Shown here: one piece after another, positions 25,461-40,372 of the stretch
How the letters are laid out: every line of letters starts with the position of its first letter
Position numbering within the stretch: position 1 is the stretch's first letter
Assembly: GCA_051294375.1 (NCBI GenBank)
Contig: CM119264.1
Span: 795,477 to 859,476, forward strand
DNA from: Paraspadella gotoi
Taxonomy: Eukaryota > Animalia > Chaetognatha
DNA: 64,000 nucleotides
Direction: 5' to 3'
The notes under the pieces: model-generated
What the model was told of the DNA's origin: nothing
What the model saw: the letters and a program-made list of their open reading frames with translations, nothing else
The model's database searches: none
Position numbers and translations under genes: made by a program

Positions 25461-26484
25461 TCATTTGTCCATTGTATACTTAATAAATTGCTATCTTGCT
25501 CCTGACTTTGGACAGGCTTTGGTGGTTTAAGGCCTCCATAACTCTTACAAGATAATGACATAGCAGGTCCCTCTAAGATTTCAATCAAGACTCTCTCACA
25601 GTCTCGTTTATTCACTCCCAGAATACTTGGCTTCCCTATCAATGAAGTGGTATAATGTTTCAAAGAGTGTTTCAATTGTATGAAAAGACCACTCCATTGT
25701 TACTGTACCCTTAGTTTTTTACTTTGTTCCGCCTAATTCACCGTGCCTTTCCATATCGCGATCAAAGACCCGGTCGAGAACTAGAGACCCTTCAGATCAC
25801 GTTTACACGGCCGAGAGTGAATCGCCACGGCGGTCAGAAGTCGACTTCTGTGAAACGCATTCTCACGGTGCGAACGAGTGAGAGAGCAACTGAAAATGGC
25901 TTAACGNNNNNNNNNNNNNNNNNNNNNNNNNNNNNNNNNNNNNNNNNNNNNNNNNNNNNNNNNNNNNNNNNNNNNNNNNNNNNNNNNNNNNNNNNNNNNN
26001 NNNNNNNNNNNNNNNNNNNNNNNNNNNNNNNNNNNNNNNAAGGGGGAAAGTCAAGGGGAAGGGAGGAAGGAGATAGAAAAGAGAAGAAGAAGAAAAGAAA
26101 GGGAGGAAGAAGATAAAAAGGGAGGAATGGAAAGAGAAGGAAAGAAAGGAAAGAAAGAAAAAGAGAGAGACTTGTGGTAAAGGCAAAGGAGAGGCAATGG
26201 TTAAAAAGTGATCCAGTTATTTGGGTGAAAGATGAATGATGAGTTAAAAAAGAAGAAACAATAAGCAAAAGCGAATAGAAGGAAAGAAAAGAAGATGAGA
26301 AAACACAAGAGAATATAGTAAAAAAAGATAAGAGGAAATAAGAAAAAAATAGGGAAAAAAATAGGAAAAAGATGAGAGGAAATAAAAAAAAATTGGGAAA
26401 AAAATTGGAAAAAGATGAGAGAAAATAAGAAAAAAATAGGAAAAAAAAATAGGAAAAAAAAAATAAGAAAAAAGATTAGAGGAA

Positions 26485-27105
26485 ATAAGAAAAATAGGCA
26501 ATAAGAAAAACAGGAAAAAAGAAAAGAAGAATTAGAATAGGAAGTGTAAAAGGAATGCGATGGCAAGGGCTGGAAAGAAGAAAAGTAGAAAAGTAGGAAA
26601 GAAATAGTAAAAAAGGAAAGAAAAAAATAGAAGAGGAAGTGTAAAGGGGATGGGATGGCAATGGGATGGCAATGGAATTGTAATGGGATGGCAATGGGAT
26701 AGCGCGGGCGGGAAAGTATGAGGCTGTAAAGAAATAACCGACGATGATGATGATGATGATTATAAAAAGAAAATAAAATGATCGAGTAGAGAAAAGATTA
26801 CGCATATAGAGAAAAACAGGAAAAAAGAAAAGAAGAATTAGAATAGGAAGTGTAAAAGGAATGCGATGGCAAGGGCTGGAAAGAAGAAAAGTAGAAAAAG
26901 TAGGGAAAGAAATAGAAAAAGGAAAAGAAAAAAATAGAAGAGGAAGTGTAAAAGGGGATGGGATGGCAATGGGATGGCAATGAATGTAATGGGATGGCAA
27001 TGGGATACGCGCGGGCGGGAAAGTATGAGGCGTAAAGAAATAACCGACGATGATGATGATGATGACTTATAAAAAGAAAATAAAATGATCGAGTAGAGAG
27101 ATAGA
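26485..27105. repeat. ~310 bp tandem duplication containing (ATGGCA/ATGGGA)n and (GAT)n
   Basis: 26500-26790 is repeated at 26808-27100. Only one unit is present in the parallel copy at 19250-19540. Confidence 0.75.
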
Positions 27106-27120
27106 GACAAAACAGAGAAG

Positions 27121-27184
<64 letters not shown>

Positions 27185-27432
27185 GAGAGCGACAGAGAGA
27201 GAGACTCGTTCCTCTTTTCTTTTTTTATAGGGAAGAGGCGTGATTTAAGGGAAGCGTTTATTCCTTTCCTCGTTCGCGTAGCGCGCTACGCGGATTATAA
27301 AAAAGGGCATCAACGAAGAGAAGCGAGAAAGCGTCGTTGTTTGAGCCATCAATTTAGACTTAAATTATGTCTTAAGTCTTAGGTTTTTTAGTGAAAGAGA
27401 GAAAAAGAGATGAGAGAGAAGAGAGAGATGAG

Positions 27433-27482
<50 letters not shown>

Positions 27483-27898
27483 GAGAGAGAAGAGAGACGA
27501 AATGTATAAACAGTTTTTTCTTTNNNNNNNNNNNNNNNNNNNNNNNNNNNNNNNNNNNNNNNNNNNNNNNNNTTTTTTTTTGGCTCAGGAAATAATTTTT
27601 TTTTCATTGGCTTTAAAGTCATTTGTTTATTAATCGGACCTAATTTTCTGCCTTAACTTTTTTGATGAAAAGTTAATCTCTCATTTTCCAAGATTTAAGT
27701 AAAGATAATGCATTCATTTCAAAAGATATTTAAACTGTCCCTAATATTTATTTTTAAAATGAAAAGGAAAAAGATTTTTTTTTATATTCGGTAAAACCTC
27801 ATAATCGCTGGAGAGAAAAAAAATCAAACCAAATCTGAAGCCTTAAAACCTCGAAGTTTTCCTAATAATGGACAAGAAGAGCGGGTGCACATAGGAGT

Positions 27899-27933
<35 letters not shown>

Positions 27934-29499
27934 NNNNNNNNNNNNNNNNNNNNNNNNNCGTTGCACATTAGAGTAAAGAGACGGAGAGAGAAGAGAGAGA
28001 GATGAGAGAGGAGCATGAGAGATGATGAGAGAGAGAGAGAGAGAGAACGAGAGAGTGAAAAGAGATTTTCATTAAGGGTTTAGAGGAAGCCCACCCCTCG
28101 CGTCTTTGACTGGGCCCGCTTCAGGACTCGAACCCGAACGGAGCGAGAGAGAGAGAGAGGAGAGAGAGAGAGACGAGAGATGAGATGAGACGGAGATGAG
28201 AGATGAAGAGAGAGAGAGAGAGAGAAGTTTTGAGAGAAAAACAGCGTTTCTTGACGCGAGGGAACCATCAAGTTTTTTTAGTCCCTTGGGCTCCTGGGAC
28301 CAAGTTCGGGCTGCATGCATTGGCTGCAGAATCATAGAGAAAAACAGCCTGGAGGCAGTGGGTGGAGATAGCGTGGGCGGTTTTAAGGGGTAGTTTGAGG
28401 GTGTTAATGGGGTGAAGGTGGAAATGGGATGGTTTGAGGATGATGGCTTTAAAGTGGCAAATGGATTTGAAAAAATTCGGTTGGAATCTGCGATAGGCTA
28501 TTAAAAAAATGAAAAAGGAAAAGAAATTAAAAAATAAAAGAAAGAGAATCTGGTACTCGTTTTTCGCCAACGCCCCTTTTTTGTTTAAAATCCTCTTGAA
28601 CTTAAATTTTATCTAAAATATTTAGTTAAATTTATAACCGTAATCTTGTAACAAAAAAATTCAAAACGCCTATCTTAGCCTTATCCAAAAAACTTTATCC
28701 CATAATCCTGTGCAAATCTAACATAATCATAGTAATGAACAAGTAAATCTATTTAATTCTAAATTAAAATTGTAATTTGAGAGGTTTTGGAAAACATTAT
28801 TGAAATTTGTTTAAGGTTCTTTGCCGTGGAGAGAGAAGCTGAATGCCAGTTGTGCTGGACAGGAAAGAAAAGAAAAGGATTGTAGACAAGGAGAGAGGCG
28901 AACAGAGAAGAGAGAAGAGAAAGAGATGAGAGAGAGATCGTGAGATTGAATTTGAATTGAATTGAACAGTACATGACCCGGACAGCAACTAGTACGTCTA
29001 AGAGGGTCTATTGTTTTTCGGTTTTTAAAATACATGATACTCTGTAAAAGCGACGGGCAATGTCACTTAAAGGCGATATTCACTTTTAATTCTCTTGTTT
29101 CATTTGTTTTCCAAACGTTTCAAATCGTTCAATCAAAGACTAACATGAGATACAATTTGGATTAAAAGTTACATTAATCAATGTTACGAAACTATGTTAA
29201 CAATTCAGGGTGATTTCGCAAAAAATTAGAGACAATTTTTTTTTTGTTTTTTTTTGTTTTTTTTTGTTTGTTTTTTTTTTTTTTGGTTTTTTTCTGTTTT
29301 TTTTTTTTGTTTTTTTGTTTTTTTTTTTTTTTTTTTTTTTGGTTTTTTTTTTTTTTTTTTTTTGGGGGTTTTTTTTTAAAGCAATACATGTTGAAAATCA
29401 AACTAGATTTAAGGCATACATTAAAATTCTTAAATTGCTAAAAACAGCTAGAATAACAAATATCACAGGGCATAATTGGAGATACTATTATTTCTTTTT

Positions 29500-30500
29500 C
29501 CTAAAACAATCATGCAAGGTTCAAATCCGAGTTTTGTCGGGAAACGATTGTCCAATGGAGAAACGATATGGGGGGTTTTGTGCTCTCTTCATCAGATTCT
29601 TCTAATTATCAGTCATCAAACAGGTCATTTTTCCCCTGTTCCCCAACGATTTTAGGAACCCTTTTCGGTATGGCTAAGCTTTTGTGGAAAAGAGTTTCTG
29701 ATAGATTGGTATGTGTTGCTGGCATAAGAACCAGTCGGATTCAACAGTATGGTATGGTGTTTAAAAATCCTTAGGAATATCTCATTGCTTGGATATGGAG
29801 TTGTCTACTTTTTCCATTGATGTTGCATGTCGTGTAATCCAAAGCAATGCTTGTAATATTGGTGAAGAATTGACACTGTTGAGAGATTTGTTTACTACAG
29901 TCATTACAAATTTTGTTGATTTTGTTCCCACTTAGCGGTTTCTTGCCATGACATGCCTATTATGATTTTGACCAAGCCTTAGAGATTAAGCCGGTGTATG
30001 AATCGAATGTAGTTGCTCCCCAGCTTAGTATTTTTCATCCACTTTCAACACCAAGGATTTCAGGGCTGGTTTCCTGATGACGTAATCATCACCGATTTGA
30101 AAGTTCATAAGATTCGTCATTAGTGGTTTTTGGCATCTATCTGAACAAAAGTGGTTATTTGATACCCTGTGGATAAAGTCAATTTGCCATTCACTACACC
30201 ATTTTTTTACGGATTTTGTCTAGGAATTGGTTTTGAAGCTTTTTTCGGCTGCAATTTTTTTAGCCGCATTACCGCTTGCCCCAATACTGTTTGCGTCATC
30301 TGCATATTTTTTGCACTCCTTACATTTTTTCCATGGGAATGCAGCAGCGGTCTCAAACCGTAGAGAAACAAAACCAGGTCTGGGCTCAAGCATACGCACC
30401 TGTGGTGCACCTTTCCGAGCAACTTAGTTTCAGATTTTTCAATTCATCCTCAATGCACCGTTCATCATTCTCCCATTCAGATAAGAATAAACCATTTGAC
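29500..30500 (-). pseudogene. Possible highly decayed hAT-family transposase
   Basis: Complex, non-repetitive sequence. Minus-strand fragments FPWKKCKECKKY (~30300-30338, TTF-type zinc-finger-like) and IRLVLMPATHTNLSETLF (~29688-29742, resembling the hAT dimerisation motif MPAT..SERSFS) occur in the expected order. Many stops, and too short for a full transposase. Confidence 0.3.
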
Positions 30501-33294
30501 GGAAAGGCGGGGAGAGAGAGAGAGTAAGAGAGAGAAAACAAAGTTGAGGCAAACAATTGTCGATCTGCCACGATAATTAATTAAAATTAACTAGATATTA
30601 ATAATATTAATTAATTAAATAATTAATTAATTTTAATAATTAATTTAATTTATTATTCAGCTTTCCTCATCGCATGCTGTCCTTAAAATTGAGTCAGGAC
30701 AGTATTAAATCAGTGTTTTGTTCGTTTACATTTTATCAAAACAAACAAATACTCCTCTCATTAATTCGTATTTTGATTCGGGTTTTAGCTTCCAGGTCAC
30801 CGCTTTTTTGCAATCATGGCTTTCTTGAAAGTTGCATGTTATATCAAAGGGAGTTAGACAAAATTTCACCTAATATGAGCACAACCTTCTAAGATCAATT
30901 TGATCTTTTAATAACTTCTCATGTTTCATTATCAATATTCGTATTTGTTTATGTTTATTTCCACAAAAAACACACAACGTAATTATAAATCGACTCGCAT
31001 TCCTCTACCTCTCTCTTTCTAATTAATATATGTTCGCTCTCTCTTTTTCTCCGTCCCATTGCTTCTCTCATCTGATCACCTTCTCTCCTCCAGTCTATCC
31101 GAAGACTTTCTCTCGTCTCTCGTCATACGTCTTCAAAGTCATCTCTCTTAATGATTTTTTCTTCTTTCTTAATTACACACAAAAAAAATTATATAGAGAT
31201 AGCATATAATGTCGGGCAAGCTTCAAACGAATGTAAAAAACAAGACCGATTAGGCACCCCGCAAGGATAATATAAAAACCACGGTTTGCGAACTGCGGGA
31301 AAAATTCACGATTTATTAAAAAAAAACAAAATACATGGGCGAATGGTACACCTGATGTGTGTTTACATTAAAGAGAAAATTAACTGTGTTACATACTTAT
31401 GTTTTCTTTACAATCATAATTAGCTTGTCTCTTTTTTATGTTTTTTGTTTACCTTGCTTGATTTTAGGGGTAACTAGGAACTGATTATCATTGTAAACGA
31501 GGTAAAGGGCTGTAGAAGCTTCTCGTTTTTATCAATTTTTCTCTCTCTAATCTTAATTGAGTGATTTATAATCATCGACTTCTTTCTACTCTGCTTCTTT
31601 CTCTCTGGCAGCGTCTAGGTTGCTAATAATGCTCCATTCTGTCCTCTATCTTCTCTCCTCTTTCAATCTTTCTGGTTCATCTCTGAAGTGAAAGAAGAAC
31701 GCTATCCAGAACTGTGTCGAAAAATGTCCCCTCTCTGTCCGAATCTCTTAGCCGTTGATTCGTATTGATTATTTTTGAAAAATTCTGCATTATTTACTTT
31801 TCTCCTTCCTTAAAAAATAAATAATTTCTTTCTTCTTCGCCACATCTCTCTCTATCTACCAATACTTTATTTCCCGCTCGCTCTCTTCCTCTCGTTCTCA
31901 AATACAAAATCCATTATCTCTTCAATCCGGTATGCTCTCTTTGATGCGTATTTATTACTCTTTTCTTTCTCTTTCTCTCTCTCTCTCCTCTCTTCCTCTC
32001 TCCTTCTCTCTCTCTCTTCTCTCCTCCTCTTTCACTCATTACACGCATTTTTTCTTGCTCTTCTGTTCTTCATTTCATCTCTCATCCATTCGCCACTTCT
32101 AACCTTTTCTCATGTGCCATATGCACCAAATCATCGCTATCAGTGTGCTATATGAATTCAATTCATTCGCATCAATAACTTGATTATCAGTCGATATCAA
32201 TAAATCATTCCTATTCATTACAATCACATACTTTTCATGCGACTATCTACATCAACATCAATTAGTATTACCGTTAATTCAATTAACTATTACTTACTCA
32301 TGCAATAATTCCCTCGTTTCTGCTTATCGCCATCAATGATTTCATTCGTTTTTTTCCCGTCGAGTTTTTTCAATTAATTTTTATCTTAATACGATTAAGG
32401 CATAGTTGGGCTTCTGGTGCTCCTTCTCAAAAACATACCTCGATACTTGGACGTCATTCTTTAATGATTATTTTTTTTTATTTTTTATGGTGCTCCTTCT
32501 CTCTCTCTCTTCTGCACTCTTCTAATACTCATCACTCTCTCTCTTTCTCTCTTCACTCTCTCTCTTCTCACTCTCTCTTTTCTTCTCTCTCTCATCTGTC
32601 TTTTCTAAAATCGGACATTCTTGTAATAGCGTCTATTTATGTTGAAAGGAATTCAAGAAGAATTTTTCCACTAGTGTTAGGGGTTATATTTGCGACCGGT
32701 TTTAATGTCCCTTGATAACCCGATTGTAACCAAATAAAAACTATCTGTATAATACGATCCATCTTATGCTTTTAGACGACATTTTTAACTTTTGGCATCA
32801 TTTTTTTCAATCTTGCATCATTTTTTCATACTTGCATTCCGTCAAAACTTATATCTAGCTTCTTCACTCACTTTCGTATACTTACTAGGCTCACAAAACA
32901 TTTCATCTCAATCTACTCATGGATACATAATATCATAAGTTATATAAATATAAATTTAAAAAGATTTACATATAAAATGTAAATGTTTGACTCATATTTT
33001 TTTCATTAAAACTCTTCTCATTCTCTCACACCTTGGTACGTTGTGCACTACAATCGATTATAACTATTTACTAATGCTCTCCAAGCATATTTTCCCCCCT
33101 CCCGCTCGTCAACACATTTTCCAAACCCACACGAACAAAATTTTCCATCTCAATCTATTCATCCAATTACTGGTCATCTGATAGTTGATATTATAAGTAT
33201 TTGAATCTGAATGTTTCTCAAGAAATAAACAGGAGAGTATAAAAATTAAGATTTTAGTAAAAGCATTCTTACACAGAATCCACTTCTATATTTC

Positions 33295-34210
33295 TAATGT
33301 TTTTTCCATTTAAACTAATTATCCACTAATTCCTAACACGATCCATCGACCTCTCTTATATCGCAGCTTTATCACACACTTTCCTACTCACACACAAAAA
33401 TTTAATTCCAATCCAATCCAAGCTCCAACCAACTATCACTGGACCTCGTTACTTGCGTTTTTTCATAGCGTTCTTTGCTGGGGAAGATTAGACGTTCGAT
33501 GATGGTACTACCAAAGCCGGCCTTAATTACTATAGAATTTGCATTCTTTATAACTACAGTTTAAGTTAAATATAGATAATTATCGATAAACTTCGGCTTA
33601 ATCTTAATTTTCTAAATTATATATCATTTTTATCTTAATTGTACTTTATATTAACTAACTTATTATTTGATTTATTTAATACATATCCTGCAAAATTATT
33701 ACATTTAATATAAAAGGAAAAAGAAGCATAATCAATTAGTAAAACAGGGTTTTTTGTTTTTTCCATTTTAAACTCATTTCCATCAAACTATCCATCGAAA
33801 CTTGCTTTCCCTAGTTCAATCACACACTTTCACCTACCCACATACAAAATTCCAGGTCAATCAGCCCATCCACTCCTGCATCGAGCCAATTGGTGTTCAA
33901 ATAGTGAATATCCATTTTTCTTTGTTTTTTCCATTTAAAACTCATTTTCCACTCGGACGATTCCATTACGAAACTCATATCCAGGCCTCAATCACACACT
34001 TACCTATTCCTCACACACAAAATTTTATTAAAAATACCAATCCATCGAATCACGAGTTAACTCGGCTGGTTTTTTGCTAAGGTGGTGACGGCCACGACGG
34101 ACGGACGGACGGAGAACGGACAGACGCGACGACGGACGGACATCACACCATTTTTTTTGCAAATAGATTTATGCATAATTCGATCGTTCTGACATAGATA
34201 TAAGTGTGTT
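33295..34210 (+). mobile_element. DINE-1/HINE-like element with internal core repeats
   Basis: Three ~170-bp related units starting TTTTCCATTTAAAACT (~33300, 33758, 33927), each with ATCACACACTT...CACA.A.AAAATT, followed by (GACG)n at 34095-34140. Confidence 0.55.
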
Positions 34211-37200
34211 GCCCGACCAATCATTGAAGGGTGGCGGACCGACGGACCAAAAAGTCGCAGTTATAGACTCGGGATCTGCTGGATAAGCAGGATTCCGAAC
34301 TAAAAACAGAGAGAGAAAAAGACAGAAGAGATTGAAAAGATAAAAAGAAAGAGAGAGAGAGACAGGAGAGAAAGATGAGAGAGAGAGAGACTGAAGCAGA
34401 GAGAAGATCTAGAGTGAGAGAGAGAGAACTATGGAGAGAAGAGAAAGTAGATGGAGACGAGGGGAAGGAGAGCAGACACGAGAGAACAAGAGAGGATGAG
34501 GAGGCAGAGATGGAGAGTGAGAGAGTGAGAGAGAGAGAAAAAGAGACATGAGATTGAGAGAGGGAAAGAGAGAGAATAGAGAGAGAGAGAGAAAAGACAG
34601 AAGATGGATGAAAGGATTTAAACAAAGAGAAGATAGATGAGAGAGACAGAGAGAACGAGATATTGGAAGAAGAGTTAAAGAAAGATAGAGAGGCTCGTAA
34701 ATTGGACTGCCTACAAAAAAAAGATAGGAATACGAATATTTTGATGGAAAAAAGGATAGGGCCCCCAGGAAGATGACCGTGACACGACGCCGGCCTCTTG
34801 ACCCTTTGTGGGTGCGACCACCGGTGGCACACAGCCGCGCGGGCTCACGCAAAGAGAGGCGAGAGAGAGACAGGCCAGAGAGAGAGAGATAGAAAGAGAG
34901 AGAGAGCAATATGAGAGTAAGAAAGCACGCGCTGAAAAGAAAGTTACAAGAAAGAGAAATATAAAATGACTCTGATGGTTCTTCTCGCGCGCCGTTAGCA
35001 GTGTATTATTTTATATTCTATATATATATTTTTTCAGATTCGGATTTTCTAGCGGCTCTCCTCATAGTATGGAGAAATCAATTACATGATTATTACTGAT
35101 GAAACGAAGAAAAAAGGGAAAGCGAACTGGACTGAGTTGCCGCTTTCATATAACTTTTCTTCCCATGCAAGAATGCAAATCAGCAGGATTACACTATGTG
35201 GAGCTGCCTGTAGAAGAGCGACCAATATCGTCTATCCTGTAGAAAAGATTATTATTACTTCTCATATCCGCTTCTATCCCCAAAAGAACAAATAGAAACA
35301 ATAAAAAATAAAATAGAAATAAGTCTCTGAGTTCCCAGGTGATTGAATCGATGACGTGCGCTCATAATGGGCGGTGGAATTAAAAAAAAAGGCTTACCAA
35401 AAAAAGATTAAGACATTGGGAGAAGATAGATGAGATGAAGAGCAACGGCTGTAGAAGAGAAGAAAAGAGAAAGAAAGAGAGAGAGAATGCTGTGCATTTG
35501 TAGTAGAAAGGGAATAAGATGATAGGAGAGAGAGAGTGATGGAAGAGAGAGAGAGAAGCGAATCAGGGATATGAGAGATAATGATTGAATTTTAACGAAC
35601 GAGATTATCCCCCAGAAGTATGAGAGTGAGAGATAGAATAATTCTCCGAATATGCCGGGTATTGATAGGTATTTTCAGATTAAGGGGAGAATGCGGTGTA
35701 GAGTGAAAGATTACATTCTCTCACAGAGTCGTACTGAGAGATACGTTAGGTAAGCTTGCGGCGGACTGAGGCTGCGACTCTGCGTAGCGGCCAAGGGTCG
35801 TCCACAGCTGGCCGACTGCGCTCTGACATCTCGGACACGACAGCTCTGCTGCGCGAATAGACCCTTGATGGTTATTATGGCAATGTGCGGCTTTGTGTGG
35901 ATAGTACTTTCCTGTGTCTTCCTTAACCTGTTATGCGGTGGGTGGGACTTTAAATACCTGCATAGTCCACGTGTTAGAATATAGAAAATACCGTTAGTTA
36001 CCGGTTCGGTTCAGATCGGATGATTTAGCCACCCGTGTCAGGACGATCCTCACAATCAAACGATACAATGCCCTAACAGTACAATGCCCTGCTTCAAGAA
36101 TTTTTTTCCAGTTCAACACTCGGAATAACATTTTTCAACTCTCCGTCTCGTTGTCGCGGGACGTCTCTAATGCTCCCTGGTCATTAAGCGTGTACACAAT
36201 ATACGCATACTACACTGTATGGCCCCTGAAGGATCTCTTTTGGGATCATACTTCATCATGCCATATGGAGCAGCAGATGCTTCTCATTTTGAGAACGAGA
36301 GGCTCTTGGTTTCGGTCATTCCTCACGAGCCTGTATGTGGTTCGTTTGGTATCCTTTTTATGGGGATCGGATTACCGAATTACCTTAATTTGAGATATCT
36401 TTATGCTTTGACCATAAAATTTGATTATATTTAAACTTACTATTATACGTTAGAGTTGTCACCAGTCAAGACTATACAAACTTTCACCTCACCATCGGAC
36501 TATTGTATTCTTCCTCGATGTCGAATATTTTTAATTATTGACATCTCCAGTACAATTCTCAAATAATACATTTCCCTTTCTAGTTCCTTCAGCCAATCTC
36601 GCTAGAGTGATCTCCGGTTCCTTGTTCCCCTTCAATCCGCCAAAACCCTCGGGTTACCTGTTTCACACCTAGGTTACAATGCCCACAAAACCCCCTCACG
36701 CGCCACTCTCAGACATACTCTTCTCTCGTCGACGAATTAAAAAAACAGCAAAGGACCCGAAAATCGACAGGGCAATGTATGGTTCTCTTTCCGGGAGAGT
36801 TGGCCTCATTCTGAGTTTTGGTTATATACTTACGATGATTTAATATTAATCTTAATAGCTTTAAATCAAAATATAGTTTTAAAAGTTAATGATAAAATCT
36901 AATGTAATACCTCATTAAATCCTTAATCACATAAAGCCTTTACCGAGATTCCTTACCTTTTAGAAACTTAAAAATTCATGTTTAATTGAATAAATCCTGT
37001 AACCAATATTTTACTGCTCCTTTATACCTCTGATAAATTCCTTTCTAAACAATCTTAAAACTCTATAATCCTTTTCTTTCAATTAAATATAACCATTTTT
37101 TAAGATTGAATGTGAATAAATATATCATTAACTCTTTTAGAGAGAGAGGCTATAAAATTCTTAACTATTGAATTAGTTACATCAAGGCCACCAAATTAAA

Positions 37201-38684
37201 CCTAAGTTATTATGTCACGTTATAAATAATTCCTCATACCTTTACTTATAATCTTCTATAATTAACTAATCCTAACCTTAACTATAAAACCCTCTCATTT
37301 TACCCTGTTGCACTATCTTTTGAATTCCTTTAATTAGTGATTATTTGAAGGTTGTACATTAAATTACACCTCGGATAATATTTAAGATTAAGCGTCTGAT
37401 GAGATCCAGTACGTACAAGGAAAACTCCTCAAATGCGACCCCGTCAAGTACCGTAACTCTGACGAAATATCACCTTTTCACCTTTAACTAGTATTGCCCT
37501 TATAGGACCTAGTTAACCTGAACTCATGCACTCGTCAAAACTATTAAGCTTAGTTATCACAACTTTATAAAAATATCGGATTAAATAAACACATATAAAT
37601 CTATCTAACTATATTCAGTCTTGACAAGTTAATCTTTAACATCATAACGAAAAAAATTGATAACATATATTCCACGGTGTGCTCAATTTATTAATAACAT
37701 CGCGCGCGCCTGAGATCTCTCATAAAAGGCTTAACTTACTCCTCACACATTCACACCTTTTACGAAATCTTTATTTAATCTCGTATTCTACATTTCACTA
37801 CAAACTGTGAGACAGATTATATTTAAATACGGGGATAACACAGAGAGTGCGTATAAAGAAAGACCTGAAAGCAAACATTCTCAACACTTAACTTAAGAAG
37901 ATTCCTTAATTCAATCATTGCGCTAGAAGTGCTTGTCACTAACTCGAAGAGAATGCAGTACAATATGTGGATATTTTGCTGGAGACTGATATGGCCGCGA
38001 TGAAGAAGGGACGTTATTGTAATTTTAAGAGGTAGAGAGTAGCCCGAGAAAACAATGCCTACGTGCCACCGTAAATGAGATTTACATCGTTTGTGATTGG
38101 ATTTGTACCTGAATATAGTTGAAAAATAGCGATTGATTGATTGGTAAACAAAAGTTTCAAAGATAGCCTTTCTTTTTTCTAATCGAGTATACGTCGCTCC
38201 TCATACCGACTGACGTTTAATACGCAAAAAACCCAGAAGACATCTCGTTCTACTCCTAAATTTCCACCAAGATTTGAGAATTTTGCGTAGAAAAAGAGAT
38301 GCAGAGGTGTCCTTTAGTTGAAATAAGGCCGAATAGGTTAGTGTGGGAATGGTGACAGGGCGAAGAGATGGAAAAGGAAAGAAAGGAAAAAAAGAATGGA
38401 GAATAATAAAAGAGTCTCATTTTGAAATAAATTTCGTAAGGTTAACCAAAGATAGAGTGCGACGACTTTTTTTGCTGTGGATTGAAGATGGAAGGAAAGG
38501 GACGAAGAGGAGAAGAGAGAAGATGAGAGGAAGAGGAAGAGAGAGGAGGAGTGAGAGAGAGGGAGAAAAAGAGAGGAAAAAAGAGAGAGGAGGAGAGAGG
38601 ATTGAGATGGGAAGTGAGAGCAGTGAATGAGGGAGAGAGAGAGAAAGAGTTGGAGATGGAAGAAAGCAAGTGAAGGAGTGATAC

Positions 38685-38721
<37 letters not shown>

Positions 38722-39371
38722 AGAGGGAAAAAAGCGTTCTTGACGCGAGGGAACCATCAAGTTTTTTAGTCCCTTGGGCTCCTGGGACCAAGTCGGGCTG
38801 CATGCATGGCTGCAGAATCATAGAAAACAGCCTGGAGCAGTGGGTGGAGATAGGTGGGCGGTTTTAGGGGGTAGTTGAGGGTGGTTTAATGGGGTGAAGG
38901 TGGAAATGGGAATGGTTTGAGATGATGGTTAAAGTGCAAATGGATTTGGAAAGAAAATTCGGTTGGAATCTGCGATAGGCTATTAAAAAATGAAAAAGGA
39001 AAAGAAATTAAAAAATTAAAAAGAAAGAGAATCTGGTACTGTTTTTCGCAAACGCCCCTTTTTTGTTTAAAATCTCTGAACTTAATTTTATCTAAAATAT
39101 TTAAGTTAAATTTTAACCGTAATCTTGTAACAAAAATTCAACCCTATCTTTAGACCTTATCCAAAAACTTTACCATAATCCTTGAATCTAACATAATCAT
39201 AGTAATGATACAAGTAAATCTATTTAATTCTAAATTAAAGTTGTAATTGAGAGGTTTTGGAAAACATGATTGAAATTTGTTTGAAGGTTCTTTTGCCGTG
39301 GAGAGAGAAGCTGAATGCAGTTGTGTGACAGGAAAGAAAAGAAAAGGATGTAGACAAGGAGAGAGGCGAAC

Positions 39372-39420
<49 letters not shown>

Positions 39421-40137
39421 TGAGAGAGGGAAAGAGAGAGAAAGAGAGAGAGAGAGAAAAAGACAGAAGAGATTGAAAGATAAAAAGAAAGAGAGAGAGA
39501 GACAGAGAGAAAGAGAGAGAGAGAGTAAGAGAGATAGAGAGGAGTAAATTTGACCCTAAAAAAAAAGAAGGAATTTGACGATTTTTGTAGAGAAAAAGTG
39601 ATTTGGTTTTTTTGCCTCCAGGGATTAAGGGAACCCCGGGACACGACGCCGGCCTCTGACCCTTGTGGGTGGACCCCGGGTGGAGAGGTAGAGAGAGAGA
39701 GGGAGAGAGAGACAGGCAGAGAGAGAGATAGAAAGAGAGAGAGAGAGAGAGTAAGAAAGAGAAAAAGAGTTAAAAAGAAAGAAAATAAAATGATTGTCTT
39801 TGCGTTACAGTGTATTATTTTTATATTCTTATATATATATTTTTTTCAGATTCGGATTTCTAGTTTATAGTTTATTGAGAATCATTTTTATTATGAAGTT
39901 AAAATTGAAAAAAAAAGGGAAAGCGACTGACTGATGTTCCGTTTCTATAACTTTTCTTCCCAGCAGAACAAATCAGCGATTCACTATTGGCTTTGAATTC
40001 TCTATGTAAAGATTTTCTCGCACCAAAGAAAAAAAAACATAAAAAAAAAATAATTCTGATCCCAAGATTTGAATCAGATGACGTTTGATAAATGGGCGGT
40101 GGAATAAAAAAAAAGGCTTTACCAAAAAGTAGACATT

Positions 40138-40201
<64 letters not shown>

Positions 40202-40296
40202 CGCGAATTCCGTTGATGGAATTTCATAAAGGGAGAATGCGTTATGAAGATCATTCTCTCCAAGTCGTCGAGAATCGAGGAAGCTGCGGCGGACTG

Positions 40297-40372
40297 AGGC
40301 GGCTCTGCAGCTGGCCAAGGCGGCTCTACAGCTGGCCGACGCGGCTCTGCATCTGGCCGATGCAGCTCTGCT
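40297..40372. repeat. GC-rich 21-bp tandem repeat (GCGGCTCTGCAGCTGGCCAAG-like), about 3.5 copies
   Basis: Directly visible. Copies at ~22678-22760 and ~35768-35850. Confidence 0.85.

Noticed and set aside
37395-37430. CTGATGA...GAAAA as another hammerhead (also 30074 and 1759)
   Set aside because: No supportable stem II or stem I pairing, and 37395 lies in a very noisy stretch.
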